Assembly (NCBI GenBank): GCA_964016885.1
Contig: OZ024743.1
Coordinates: 238,700,001 to 238,764,000 of the forward strand
Origin: Eledone cirrhosa
Taxonomy: Eukaryota
DNA length: 64,000 nucleotides
Direction of reading: 5' to 3'
The notes under the pieces were generated by a model. It was not told where the DNA came from. It did not search any database and saw only the letters and a program-made list of their open reading frames with translations. Both the position numbers and the translations under genes were made by a program. Numbering within the stretch: position 1 is the first letter of the stretch; each line of letters starts with the position of its first letter. This document shows, one piece after another, positions 27,230-42,389 of the stretch.

Positions 27230-27800
27230 CCTGCTACTGCCACAACGACCACCACCACCACCGCCACCACTGACGCCGCCACTGCCACCATCACCACCAC
27301 CGCCGTCGCCAACACCAACACCACCACCACTACCACCACCACCGAAGCCACCACTGCCACCATCACCATCACCGCCGTCGCCAACACAACCACCATCACC
27401 ACCACCACCACCACCGCTGACGCCGCCACTGCCACCATCACCACCACCGCCGTCGCCAACACCAACACCATCACCACCACTGCCGTCGCCAACACCACCA
27501 CCATCACCACCACCACCGACGCCACCACTGCCACCACTGCCACCATCACCACCATCGCCGTCGCCAACACCACCACCACCACCACCACCACCAACACCAT
27601 CACCACCATCGCCGTCGCCGTCGCCAACACCACCACCACCACCACCACCACCAACACCATCACCACCATCGCCGTCGCCAACACCACCAGCACCACCAGC
27701 ACCAACACCATCACCACCACCACCGACGCCACCACTGTCGCTACCACCAGCACTACAACCACCACTGCCCCTACCACCCCTACACCCACCACCACAACAT
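27230..27800. repeat. (ACC)n-derived compound satellite with a gccgtcgccaac higher-order unit
   Basis: Direct reading; source of the poly-Thr/Val/Gly ORFs. Confidence 0.9.
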
Positions 27801-28238
27801 ACCCCTCCTCCCACTAATCTTCACTAACAGCATAACTAACATCATCATCAATATTGTTTTTTATTCTTTTATTATTAACATTATACGATTATTCTTTTCT
27901 TAACCCTTCTGCCGCTGCCACTAACCATGTTTTGATATATGCTTCTTACTATAGTTTGGTCTTTTTATATTTATATAAGATTACAGGAGTTGGCTAGGAG
28001 GAGTGGGAAGAGGAGGGGGAGATCTGTTATTTGTTTTGTATCCTTATTTAGCATTGTTCTCCTCCATTTTGTTCATGTTGCTCTTGTTATTGTTCCTATT
28101 CAATGTTATTACATTTGCTTCTCCCTTTCTATCTTTATTTAGCTAGATTTTATTATATTATTTTTTTGCTCCCTTTTTCTTTACCTCACAACGTATTTTT
28201 CTTCTTCTCTCCTTAATAATTATCTTGTATTATTTCTA

Positions 28239-28298
<60 letters not shown>

Positions 28299-28359
28299 TG
28301 TATGTATAGTTCATTTTTTACGTTTTTTCATGACGACAAATAAGTGTTATTGTACACAA

Positions 28360-28460
<101 letters not shown>

Positions 28461-29904
28461 CTTCTATGTTAGAACAACCAGTAGGAAGCTGTGTGCAGAA
28501 ATAAAGATTAATATATATACGCATGTACGGATGAATTCGTACACACACACAAACATATGTATGTAGAAGCACGCAGGCAGGCACAGATGCGTACAGCTGT
28601 ATAGTTATAGATACATGCATACACATACAATTGATTTCACATTCTTTACTCGCAATTAAACAAGATCTATCTATACACGCAGACTCACAAATACACACAC
28701 ATATAAATATGTATGTATGTATGTATCTATATATATATATATATAATGCACGTATAATTGTATATATATGTAAATGTATTTTTGCAAAACACATAAATAT
28801 TTGCGTATATTTGGTTATATACATAAATATATTCATTCATGTCTACCATACACAAACACGTGTGTACGTGTGTGTGTCTGTATGTATCTGTGTCTGTGAA
28901 AACACGAACCCATGTTAAAGCAATCATTTTACCTATTCTGAATATACGACATATATCTTCTGATTATATATGTATTTCAGTGAATATCAAGGTAGCTATC
29001 TACCGTGGTATCGTTATCATGATACCCCTATACCAGTAATGAAACACTTGTTCGCACCTCAGCTACTTATGTTTTCAATTTTTCCTGTCACAACTAGACT
29101 TTTTATTGTTGCGTATCGTTTAATTTCTTCTTAAATATAACCTATATTTATTTGTAGTTCTACCTCAAGTTTAGCAACTTGAAATATAATGTGATTGTTT
29201 GATCTCTTAGTAAATTACTTATCGTCCCAAATATCGTCGTCATCATCATCATCACGATCATCATTTATAGTTATCCTCTTAATCTTATAACTATCGTCCT
29301 CGGAATCATCGCCGTTATGATCGTCATCATTAACGCAATCATCGTCGTCATCATCATCACCAAGCTAAGAACAGAATGAAACGGAACAAAAGCAGCAATG
29401 CAGTCCTTGCTTCACTAAGTATTCCGCCATTCCACCGCTCAACTGTAGCACTTTATTTCTCGAGCCTGTAGGAGGTGTAAACAAAATTGATCTTAGTATG
29501 ATTTGAACTCAGAATACAAAGAGCCAGAAAAATACTGCTTGTCATTTTGTTCCTTGCTCATTCGGTGTTCAACCCAGATGAGCTGAGCTGGCAATCTTTT
29601 GTTGTGGGTGACGATAAAATAACTAAAAATCGATATTAACATCAACATAATCAACATAAACCCTGTCACCTCACTAAATGTGTGGATTTCTTTTATACAG
29701 TTTTATTACAGTAAACATATTTTACATAATCATGGTTACCTTTAACATGAAATATATGTATGACTGAAGTACAGAGATCTACACATCTGGTGGTAGATTG
29801 GCAGAATCGGTACAATGCTGGAAGGTGTCTTGTGATATATATATATAAGCGAAAACCAACCAAACAGTGAGTGTGTTCTGTTATTAATTCTGGCAATATT
29901 ATTT

Positions 29905-30022
29905 CTGAGTTCAAATCCCTCCGAGGTTAACTTTACCTTTCATCCTTACGGGGTCGATAAAATAAGGTACCAGTAATGCACTGGGTAATTGCTGGCCTTG
30001 TGCCAAAAGTAGAAACAATTAT
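29905..30022 (+). mobile_element. SINE (B-box and body)
   Basis: ctgagttcaaatccc...ggccttgtgccaaaagtagaaacaattatt. Confidence 0.8.
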
Positions 30023-31429
30023 TACAACAATATGATCCTCCCCATGTATATATATTTATATATATATATGTACACACAAAGCGACATAATGAGATTTTAC
30101 TTCCGTCTTTAGCCGAAAAATCTGTTATATATAACGCCTAATTTAGACAGAAGCTGATGTGAGTCGCCATTTGGCGTAGTGGTAACGCTGAAGCGTAATT
30201 CCTGTGATACGAAATCCCCATATTCATATATATGTGTATACTACTGATATTTGTGTGGCAATTTACAAACTAGAGAATGATTGTTTATTATGAGAGAGGT
30301 TAGGAATGAAAGAAAAAAGTGATTTAGTTGGGTTTTTTTATATCTAGCTCAGCCCTAATCGAGCACACATATGATGAAACGCATTTTAGCCGCGAGCACC
30401 CCGTAACTTTCCTCTGCGCAAGGGAACCAGTGACTACAACACCCAAATTAATCTTTTCTAACATTGTAGCGTTTAATTTGAGGGAAATTTGGTAGATTTT
30501 TCCCAGCAAATCGACCGACTGCAGAGAGGCTGTTTATTTTAATCAAATGGAGTAGATGCTTTAGGAAAGGAGAAATAAAACATCGATTCCAATATCAAAT
30601 AGCAGAGGAAGATTTCTGAGATCGAATTTCAAGTGAATAGATCAACATATGATACTAAATATTGAGAAAATAAGAAATTCTAACTTAAAAATAGCAAAAA
30701 AAAAAAAAAAAAAAAAAAAAACGCAATCAACATCAATAAAAATTGTAACAAAAAATAAAAAAAAATTTTAAAATCCGTTTTAACTAAGCCAATAAATGAA
30801 ACTTTTTGAAATAAATATAAAATAAAATAATAATACGAATTTTTACCACATACTTTTAAGTCCTGTTAAATAAATGATAAAATTGTGTAATAAATTTCAA
30901 TCTAACCAAACAGGGCGGTGAGGGAAAAGTATTTATTTCAACATATTGAAGAGCAATAAATTCTATCATAGCGAGACATTTTGACAAGATTCTCACGTCA
31001 CTAGGCAAGACTGTGTGAAATGTACATCAAGAAAAACAATAAAAGACTAAATAATAAAAACAAACAAAAACATGTCATCTTTAAATATCAAATCAGAGTA
31101 AACTGTACATAAGTGTAAACAACAACAGTAGAAGAAATGGTGCTGGATGGTGGTTGCAGAAGTGGTGCCGTGGTAGTGTTGGTGGTGGCAATGGTTCTAG
31201 TGTTGGTGGAGGCGGTGTTAGAAATAATAATGTTGGTGTGGTGATGGGGGTTATAGGAATTGTTGCTGTTCTAAGACGAAATATTGTTTAGACATCTCAA
31301 TTTAAACCAATCGAAAAATTGATCATCAATTTACGCCCATAGTGAGATTATCTAACCAGATATCGATAATTCACCCTTCCACTTCGTTTTTTATATTTGT
31401 TATTGGCAACATGAACCCCCAAAGTATAA

Positions 31430-31481
<52 letters not shown>

Positions 31482-32719
31482 TTAGTTGTATTTTGTGTGT
31501 TTTTGTCTAGAAACACTTGGAGCAGATACATTAAAATATCTGCGTTCTTTTGCGAACTTTCCTAGGGAGATGCTGAGCTGAAAAAACAACCGAACGATTT
31601 CTCATTTGTCAATTGATGTGTACGGGCTGGTATTGGGTTTGCTATGGTTTATGGCATATTTCCTACCATGTTTGTCCTTACGATGTCATTTCATTCTTCT
31701 TATAATATTGGTTCTTAGAATGGAAAATAACCACGAATTTGATTATCAATTCTTTGTCCAAGTGCATATGAAAAGTATTAATTATTTTGGAGATCCGGGG
31801 ATGTTAATGATGTGTGTTCCAATTATTGATCGAAGAAATAATCAAATCGTTATATAAACGAGTAAGTGGATGGGCATTCCGCAGACACATGTAGCATTAA
31901 TGTAATTATCTGGGAGGTTCAATGACAAACCGACGGAGATCCATTACACTGATATTTTACGTCACTAAAACTATATCACAAGAACAAGCTCACACAAAAT
32001 ACACATTTATTTTGTATTGTGTGGATTCGTAACTCCTGATGAAGTCGTATGGGCACCGTAATGACACACTGCGTGTTTTGGGCACTTTAATCCTGGTGTA
32101 GATCATCCCCTCTCTACGGGTGATTTGTTCCAGAGAAGGTAAGAGAGGAAGAATCGAGCCCAGTATTTTTTTAACGATTTCAAAAGCGTGAAAGTCAAAG
32201 TTAACCTCATACGGTTTTAAACTCAGAGTGCAGAGAGCTAGTAGAACAACTACTGCAAAACCTTCATGATGACATTCTAACGACTCTGCCAATTCGCTAC
32301 CTGACATATTTAAACGCCAACACAAACTAACAAGCAGAACACAATTCCGTTTATTTTTATTGTTTCTCTGTCTTAGGTAAGTGTTTTCTACTTTAGCTTC
32401 GGGTTGACTAATAGCTTGAGGGTAGAATTTAGTAGACGGAAACTGCAGAAAGATTCCTGTCGTATACATATATATACATACACACATATATGTATATATA
32501 TAAATAGTGTTCCATAAAGTTATATCTGTGTATACACAGTGAGTAACTAAGACTGCACCAATGTGTATATGAATATACATATATTTAATATGTAGGCATG
32601 TAAACATGCCAGAAAATATGAATTTCCCTGTAAATTGAATAAACAAACACAACCACACACACACACATACACACACACATATATATATATACATATATAT
32701 ATACATATATATATGGAAA

Positions 32720-35357
32720 TGACTTTCAAACAGGGCATAACGTCCTTGGATCTAACGGAATGGGAGCTATGAACTCCAATGGGCTTAGGCTGCTCTCACT
32801 CTGTAAAGAATGTTATCTCAGCATCACCAAAAGCTTCATTCAACAACGTGCAAACCATAAAACAACTTGGATGCATCCTAGATCCAGGGACTGGCATATG
32901 ATTGACTATGTCATCACCCGCAGGTGTCACCTAAAGGATTTTAAAATCATTCGCTTTTTCACTTTTCTTGTTATCTCTCGGATCATGCACTGTTGCGTAG
33001 TAAGGTTTCATTCAATCTTCCAAACAAAAGGCGTCTTTAGAGAACACATATCCCTCCCAAGATTGATGTGGGCAAGCTGCGATCAGTTGATGGGAAGCTG
33101 AAACTTTCTGTAAAGCTTGACTCATCCCTCAGCTCTGTCCCGATTTCTGATGAAATTGAGGCTTCCTGTGGAGATCTTAGGATTTCCTATGAGAAAACAT
33201 CAGGTCCGGTTTGATGAAGCAACTCGGATGTCCAGAACCTTATCAACGGAATGCACAACTTAAACAGGATTTGGATTGGAGATAAAAATTCTGCAATAAA
33301 AAAGATAGCCTACAATGATTGCAAGTAGCAGGTACTGTCCTCACTTAGAAAGATGAAGGATGCTTGGTGGATGGGTAAAGCTGCCGAACTACAAGAAGCT
33401 GCTGATAAAAAGAACTCACGAGCCTTTTATAACGGTCTCAAGGTGATATATGGTTCGAGGGAAGACAGGTCAAATTCAGTGCTTTCCTCTGATGGAATAA
33501 CCCTATACACGGACAAAGCTGAGATTCTCATCGCTGGAAAGAACATTTTGAGAAGGTCCTTAATGCAGAATCAAGGTCGATGAAGATGTAATTCCATCTA
33601 TTCCATAAAAGCCGGAAATGCCAGAATTAGCGTTAAATCCAAACTTGAATGAAATAAAAGCTGCTATCGAGCAGCTATCATCCAATACATCTCCTGGAAA
33701 AGATAGCATCCCACCTGAAATCTTCAAATATGGTGGTAAAAACTAGTTCGTAGGCATCTTCAGCTATTTCTAGAGATCTGGAGAGGTGAGAGCGTCCCCC
33801 GGAACTTCAGAGATGCATCGATAATCTACCTGTTCAAAAACAAAGGTAAAAAATCTGTGCGACCACTCTTGACATGGGGTACTATTTGACATGATTTTCC
33901 CTCTTCGTTGGGTCGCAGAGAAGGTACGTGAAACTAACCAAGAGCTGTTTATGGTTTTTGTTGATTTGACTAAGGCCTTTGACACTGTCAATCGCAAAGC
34001 TCTTTAGAAATTCCTGAAAAAACTTGGCAAACCTGATAATATGGTAAATATCATCGTATCTTTCCATGAGGCCATGGAAGCATGAGTTATGTCAGATGGT
34101 GAATGCTTTGAACATTTTGCTGTTACAAAGGGTGTGAAGAAGGCTTGTGTCATGGCTCCTGTCTTCTTTGCTTTGTTCTTTTCTGTAATGTTCCAGCATG
34201 CATTTGGTGATTTGAACACTGGTGACAGATTTGAGTTCCGTACATACATCGGGTGGGATATTCAACCATCAACGCTTTAAGGCTAAAAAACTCACACGAA
34301 CAAGTGTCATTTGTGATTTACTATTTGCTAGTGATGCTGCACTTGTTGCAACATCCCTCAAAGAAACACAGGAATTGATGAACTGCTTTTCGCTTGCCTG
34401 TAAAGGTTTTGGTCTAACAATCAGCATCAAGAAGACTGAGGTGATACATAAAGTAAATCCAACCCTAACATGCAGGAGGCGTTAAAGAGATGTCGTCAGA
34501 TCAAAGGCATTCTCTTGCACCCAACACTATTAATGACAAAGATCTGAAATATGTGAGGTCCTTTACTTATCTTGGCAGCAAGGTGAACCACTCTGCATCT
34601 CTGGATGTTGAGATTGTTAATCGCAACTCCAAGGCAACTGATGCTTTTGGCAAACTACATCACTGCCTATGGAGTGCCAGCGGTATATTCCTGAAAACAA
34701 AAGCTGCAGTTTATCGTGTAGTGATACTGACAACACACGTATATGACTCAGAGTCATGGACACTTTACCGCACTTACATACATAAGCTTGATGTCTTCCA
34801 CAAACGCTGACTTCGCTCTGTCTGTGGATATGCACTTTCTGACAGAGTTTCCAATGAGGAACTGTTCACTAAGTGCAACATTGGTAGGATTGAGTCAATC
34901 CCTACTCAGATGGGCTGGTTATGTTCTACGGATATCTGAGGACCGCACACCTAAGGTACTGTTGTACAGTCAGCTCCAGGATGGTGTACATAGTGTAGGC
35001 AGGTCACTACTCCGATATAAGGACAAACTGAAGTACAATCTTAAGTCTTTCAACGTACCTCTCTCTACGTTTGAAGCCATGTCTGCCAGCCGTAAAAGAT
35101 TGAGAACCGTCTGCCACGAAGGTATAAAGAACTTTGAGAAATCTCGTTTAGCCCACCTCTGTGAGATAGGATCTGACACCAGGGTCCGGTCAGGCATTCC
35201 AGGTTGGTCTGTTCAAGATCCTATCACCGGCACCAAATGCGGATTGATGTGTAAATCAACAGCTGGATTGAAGTGCCATTTGAGGCATAAACATAAAACA
35301 ATGAACTGAAAAGACTATTGAACCCTCATACGTCGAATCGACGGGAGAGTCCATCGT
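32720..35357 (+). mobile_element. RTE (BovB-like) LINE, 5'-truncated and degenerate (APE endonuclease end, RT, C2H2 finger)
   Basis: Motifs NSNGLRLLSLC, KTTWMHPRSRDWHMIDYV, FVDLTKAFDTV, TKGVKKACVMAPVFF, DLLFASD, FTYLGS, LRWAGYVLR, LRYKDKLK and CGLMCKSTAGLKCHLRHKH; many stops and frameshifts. Confidence 0.92.
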
Positions 35358-35378
35358 ATATATATATATATATATATA

Positions 35379-35457
<79 letters not shown>

Positions 35458-35707
35458 CTGTGTACTTTTTTCTCGAAAATGTCTAACTGAATACACACGT
35501 GCTTTTTCTAAAAACAATTTTTCCGTACCTTCCTCTTCTCATTCTCTATCTCTTTATTTCATCTTTTATTTCTCATCGTATATTCTGCTGAAGGACTTAG
35601 TGTCCGAAACATAAGGATACTTTTCACAATATATCAATATATCATTGTACTGTTTTGTTTGCTTTGTTGGTTCCGTTTACACATATATGGTTCCGTTTAT
35701 GTTTTGC

Positions 35708-35810
<103 letters not shown>

Positions 35811-35832
35811 AATGCAAAACGTAAACGGAACC

Positions 35833-35886
<54 letters not shown>

Positions 35887-36074
35887 AATGTATTCAGAAT
35901 GGGTTGATTGGCAGAAGCAGTAAAAAATTGATTAGTACTTTAGTACAGCAGAACAGTATTTATTTAAATATTTCCTGAGTAGCGACTCAGGAAGACCTAG
36001 TTTCGAATACATACATACATTGATATATACATACATAGACACACTTCACTATCTCTCTCTCGCTCTCTCTCTCT

Positions 36075-36122
<48 letters not shown>

Positions 36123-36854
36123 TTGTGTGTGCGTGCGTGCGCGCGTGTGTGTGTGTGTGTGTCTACATGCGACAAATAAACGAATAAAAAACAAAGCAAA
36201 ACGATACAGTACCAGGATATTTATACATTTAACGCTTGATATAGTAGGACATGATTACTATTCCTGTATCTGATTACTTCTCCTTATATCTGCAGACGTA
36301 TGCTTGTATCTCTATGTATCTATCTTTCTATAATCTGTATATCTATCTATTTCTTTATACAGGTTGTCTTCAAGTGCGATATCATCAAATTCACATTAAT
36401 CACAAAGTCATCAGAGAAGACTACGTTAAGAAAGACTTCATGTGACTTATTCCAATACGGCAGGAGTCTTTGGTGAAGAAATACAAACAAGAGGAATGAG
36501 AATAATAAAATGAAAGAAAGAAGGAAAAGTTAAGAAAGAAAGAACGAAGGAATGAATGAGAATCACATGGAATAATTCACTTAGTTACAGAAACACAAGA
36601 AATGTTACTAAAACTGCGTATATACATATGTTAATGTATATATATATATATATTGACATATGTGTGTGTCTTTGTGTATGTTTGCATGTGTATGTATGTG
36701 TGTATATGTATGTATGTGTGTATATGTATATGTGTGAGTATGTGTGTGTGTATATAAATATATATATGTGTGAGTGTGTGTATATGTGTGAGTATGTGTG
36801 TGTGCATATAAATATATATATATGTGTGTGTGTGTGAGTATGTGTGAGTATGTG

Positions 36855-36946
<92 letters not shown>

Positions 36947-37137
36947 ACACTTGGCACGTAGGTAAACCCCACTTTAGATCCAGCGCTGTTGAGGTAGTCG
37001 CTGATATGAATGAAGATTAATGATTATAAGTATTATTAATTCATGTTTATTCGCGCACAATCCGAAACGAAAACACAAAAATATGATACACATCTGTACA
37101 CGCACAACACACAGGCATATACTACATACATACTTAC

Positions 37138-37197
<60 letters not shown>

Positions 37198-37592
37198 GTA
37201 AATATATATATAGATACATATATATATATATATATATATAGATACTTATGTAGATAAATCTACCAAAAGTTTACGGTAGTGTCCAATCCGTATGAAGAAC
37301 TCAATGTAATCCGGATAAGAGAAGATGCACTCAAAAACTACTTTCGGTGAAAAATAAACGGAAAACAGAGTCAAGATAAAATATTAAAAAAATAATGAAT
37401 AAACAAAGAAACAATTCCTTATATTAAAAAAATTCATCATTTTACGATCGTTTCTAGGATATATATGTGTTAGAGTTGGTATGCATATTCTATAGATCTA
37501 TGTACAATATTTATACAAACTATCAGAGGGAATATACATACCTACACATATAGATACTTATATATATATATATATAATGTAAGTATATATAT

Positions 37593-37629
<37 letters not shown>

Positions 37630-38173
37630 ATATACCAGTGCATGTTCAATAACTTTTCTTTCTCTCTCTCTATATATATATAAAGAAAAGTTATTGAAAA
37701 TGCACTGGCGATTTTAAGAGGCTTTCTTCGCACTAAACCGATTTTGCAACTTCATGATTTTCAAAAGTAGTGTGAGATGGAGGGACGTGGAGCTATGTCA
37801 TATCTGTCTCACCTCATATATGTATTTTTTTAACTCGGTTCAAATTTATATCTGCTTAAGATACAGTTTGATTGTTATGGGACGGTCAGGAGGTCAGGAA
37901 AAACATTTGGTTAGTTTTCTGTGAAGTCTGTCTGTTAGGGTTATGCGACAATATGAAAAATCATATCGCTAAAGGTTAAGACTAGTCTAGTGAATATGAC
38001 ATGTGGCTGTCCAAATGTCAAGGCTATATAAATTTAGTGACAATGAAAAATAATTGTTTGCATTTATACGTGTGTGTATATGGTAGCCATTGCGTTTGTG
38101 TGAAACTTGTTGGTGAATTTATCTTGTTAATGTTTATTCAGTCGTAGTTTGTATTCCTTTATAAGTATACACA

Positions 38174-38221
<48 letters not shown>

Positions 38222-39184
38222 TGTGTATATTGACCGATTAACCCCACAATTACTACGTAGCGGTTCTTGCACGTGACTGCTGGACCCGGATGAAACGAAG
38301 ACGAAGAATTTCCTTGCGTACCGTTTTGTACCACAGACGCGACCTCACTCTGCCTCGTTAATGTTCTATCGACACCAAAGTTCTACGTTCGGGGCAATAG
38401 AATTGAATCCAGCCACCGAAAACATAGTTGGATGACCGATAATCACACCAAACCGAAGTACTGTGATCCTTGTGATTTCGAGATATACAACCACTGACAC
38501 TGTTACGAAGACCAGAAAACCATACTCCATAATATTGAACCAAGTGATTGATTTGTGCGACCAAAATAACACCACACACATATTGAACTAGGAATATTGG
38601 ATCCTCCGTCTATGTCTGGGTGAGAAAAAATAGATTTCTATTTGCATTGGAATTTATGAACTTGTGCATCTGCTGTGGTGTCAAAAACAAACGCACTTGA
38701 TCGCACAGATAAACAATGGACTATGCCACGTGGCTTGAACCTGTAAGTGAATTGAAGGTTCTGTAACTCTGATATACAGATTATTTATTATTAAGATGTA
38801 TAAACTTGACATAACTATTATCATCTTATATTCTCTCAACTAATCACATTTGATCATATTTCTCTATCCCGTTTTCTCCCCCCAAAATTATAATATTTTT
38901 ATTTGAAAAATCGGTTTTTTTACATTGTGTTTTCCCCTTCAAATACTTGCTTATATTTCTTTATATATTCTCTATATATTTTTTTATATATATATTTTTT
39001 ATCTTTATTCTTATTTTCACTTTTATCCTCCTTTATATTTTACCTTATTCTTACTTTATACCTTATTAGAGTGTAATCTTCCTCATGCCTTATTATACAT
39101 TATTAATTATAGATTATTATTATTACTCTTTTTCCATTTCTAATTACCTCATGTACTTTCTCCTCCGTTATATATATATATATT

Positions 39185-39525
39185 GTATGCCCTTTGTGTT
39201 TGTGTAGCCTCTGCACACCCTCTGCACCCTACTATCGACGCCACCCCATCTATGGTTCAGCTAACCACTCGACTCCCGGGAATGAATATGACCGCAGCTA
39301 GTAAACAAGGACCCACACCTCACCCTCCCGCACCAAAATTAGACTTATCGTCCCCTACTTTTGCTCTTTACTCTCTTTACTCTTAGTTCTTGAATGTTTG
39401 GTTGGTAGAGTCCATAACACCAATCAGACCCCTTTTATAGCTCTGACGAACCTACGGTTACGTAAGGAAGAAACATTGTAAGCCAATAAAAATCTTTTGA
39501 TGTTGTAGACGCTCTTGTGTTCTTT

Positions 39526-39530
<5 letters not shown>
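39185..39530 (+). mobile_element. PLE 3'-end remnant with HHR, flanked by (TA)n
   Basis: LTTRLPGMN resembles the PLE GIY-YIG C-terminal L.T..P.GLN motif; an HHR and an AATAAA follow. Confidence 0.6.
39440..39483 (+). ncRNA. Minimal type I hammerhead ribozyme, intact core
   Basis: gct-CTGACGA-acctacggttacgtaaggaa-GAAA-cattg-TA-agc; stem I is only 3 bp. Confidence 0.7.
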
Positions 39531-39585
<55 letters not shown>

Positions 39586-39651
39586 GAAGAGAGAAGAAAC
39601 ATTTAGATATAATTAGTAATAAAATGTATCATACCTAAACTGTTCCTAAAT

Positions 39652-39739
39652 TCCTCGACTACGTAGTTTCGTGGCATAAACAAAAACAATATATCAAAGA
39701 TATAGAGTCCTTGCGAGGTCTGCCGACTTATCAAGAGGA
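39652..39739 (-). ncRNA. Degenerate hammerhead ribozyme
   Basis: Minus strand: tcctc-TTGATAA-...-GAAA-ctacgtag-TC-gagga. Palindromic stem III and 5-bp stem I, but two core mutations. Confidence 0.6.
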
Positions 39740-39890
39740 TACCTCATTTTACTAGTCTCAAGAACGCGTCTACACGACGTGAGAAAGAATCCCAAAAGGC
39801 GGAGGGGGAGATAGTCACGCGATATAACGGTCGAGAAACAGAGCTAAGCCTCTTATAACCACGAAAAAAATACCACGGAGGCGGAGGGGG

Positions 39891-39957
<67 letters not shown>

Positions 39958-40030
39958 ATAGGGAGAAAGAGACGATTATGAGGAAGAAAAAAATATTTTT
40001 TTCCCTTTTTTTTGTCTCTATATATAACAA

Positions 40031-40192
40031 AGAAGGTGTGGTAAGATACCAGGTGGACTATAACGCACCAGAGTACTCGATACTTAGGGTAGTAGAGTGG
40101 GTGATAGGAAGAGACTACCTCTTATCCGCTTAGTTCAGATCTAGCTGTCGAAACGGCCGGAGCTCAGCCGTCGGGGTCCTGACTCGTTTCCT
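40031..40192. mobile_element. PLE-like terminal fragment: inverted tail plus 3' half of an HHR
   Basis: About 40031-40108 is the reverse complement of about 46218-46297. gtcGAAAcggccggagctcagccgTCggggtc also occurs at about 22817-22849 and 46177-46208. Confidence 0.65.
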
Positions 40193-40197
40193 ATATG

Positions 40198-40244
<47 letters not shown>

Positions 40245-41770
40245 CTCATTTACTCTGTTTAGTCTGTGGTTTTGACTGAATAAACTTAAGTGAACAATTT
40301 GGAATTCGGGTGATTTGTTTGTTGTACTTGCAAGATTATGTAAAATGCTGCAAGACATTTAGTGCCACACTGCTTACAAAATTGTCATTTGTTCATCATG
40401 TATTACACGTAGTTTTGTACATTTTCTATTCAGTCGAATCAAAGCAATGCTTTTTTTATCAGCTCGATCTATCATACAGAAAATATTACTAAACGCTTAT
40501 GGGGTAATTATCCAACCAGTTCATGTACAAAGTTCTTAGAGGTTTCAGGTTACAGGAGACTTCAGACGACAGACGAAGAGTTGTCAGGCGATAAAGAAAA
40601 GAATATGTAATAATACGACAACGATACAGACGTTAAAAGAACAGTTTATAATGATTTCTAATTTAGATACAAGTCCTGTAATTTATGGGAAGAGGAAAGT
40701 CACTTATACTGACTATAGTGCATTATGTTACTTTATCTTATTGAACTCGATAGAATGCAAAGTTAACTTCGTCGGGATTTGAAATCAGAATGTAAAGAGC
40801 CGTAAATACTGCTAAGCATTCCCTCGAATCCCTAACGACTCTGCTAAACCACCCTGCTAGAACGGTATATAAGAAACCAATCGATAGGTGAAAGCAAGGC
40901 TGTGTGTTTAACAGGATCACTTCCGGGCCACGTGGTTTATGGTTCAATCTCCCTGTGTTTCAATGAGTTGTGGGTGAACATTGGTTGACAAAAACATTAA
41001 GGGAGCCAGTTGTATGTTTGAGTATCGGAGCAAAAACCTTAATTCTGATTTCAACCTGAAACAGCTTGTACATCTCCATATGCACATGATGCAGATAAGC
41101 CCATCTACATAGGCGAAAAGTCTATATATTTTCGCCAAATTCCGGCAGAGAGCAGCGGAAACACTGTCCTGAGAGACGGCCAGAGTCAGACGTGTTGGGA
41201 GTTATCCCTCGCTACTTCTACTGGGATCCGCTAGGCGGCGCTAGCCGTCAGCTTTTCAATATTCATAGCTAGAAGGCTTACCAAATGTTTATTCGTTAAC
41301 ATACCGTGTATCATTAGAAATACGAAATTCACATATATGTATACAGCTATGCCGGGCTGAAGACCTTAATATATGTGTATGTGTGTATGTGTGACGGTGA
41401 ATTGGAAGAGTCGTTAGAACGTCGGTTAGAATGCTTTGCGTCATTCGCTCGAGTTCCCCGCCTAGGTCACCTTTGTCTTTCGAGGTCAATAAAAAAGTAC
41501 CAGTTCAATACCGAGGGTGATTCTTACCCATTCTCACCTTTTCTCTCTCTGCCTCTGGAAGAAATCAGCTGTCTTCAGATCTTGGTCGGCATATGAAAAG
41601 TGCGTGGTTCGATCCCTCGTAGTCATCATAGCACACTTTTTCCAGTTTCCTTGGAAACTTTACCAGATTATGCAACTACTATTATAATGATTTGCATTGG
41701 GGCGACTTTATTTTCAAAATTTCCAATATCTCGTAAATCAACCGAATGTGTGTTTATATAAAGATGTATA

Positions 41771-41812
<42 letters not shown>

Positions 41813-42389
41813 CATTTTATTAAGGCTAAATAGTGAGTCTTGTTACTCTGGAGCTTCGCCTGTTTATCACAGGGTTATCACACATACACACGTATATATG
41901 TATATGAACATTAATTTACCATCACGAATACACACATATATTCGCGTGTAATTTGATGTTGATTATTTCTCTCAAAGGCGACTGCTCATTATGTTATTAA
42001 TAAGCGCTTTTATAAACGGTAGAGGATTCAGCGCTGTATCTAGAAGCCAAATATACGTCGACTTTAAACCATTCAGATATTAAACTGCGTAACATGGGAG
42101 TTGACAGTATCTGTAACCAACATGGCATTTCATATTAATGGATGGATAATCAGACAACAACTATCGCGGGTTTGCTGGTAGGTTTGTTGGTTGTGTTGTT
42201 TTTAATATTTAGCAAATAATTTGTTGCTATTTTGTTTGTTCACCCTGAAGACTGATACTTTGCGCTCACTAATATCTTGTTTATGTAATTATTTGTTTGT
42301 TTTTGTTGTGTTTATTCCTTGAGTGTTTTGGGTGTTACTGAGAATGGATAGAAAATGATGATTGAAATGAGGTAATAGTAATAATAATG

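Noticed and set aside
27055-27817. Mucin-like Thr-rich or Gly-rich ORFs (also 46686-47222 and 52375-55223)
   Set aside because: Open in several frames on both strands because of (ACC)n; no splice or domain evidence, and one spans the N gap.
30165-30220. tRNA gene (TGGCGTAGTGGTAACGC)
   Set aside because: Only an A-box-like start; no B box or cloverleaf.
35585-35620. Functional hammerhead (CTGCTGA-aggacttagtgtcc-GAAA)
   Set aside because: The core is mutated and there is no clean stem III or cleavage triplet; counted only as a relic.
38705-38748. Small exon ending in GTAAGT
   Set aside because: Weak acceptor, and the peptide WTMPRGLN is equally consistent with a decayed PLE endonuclease C-terminus.
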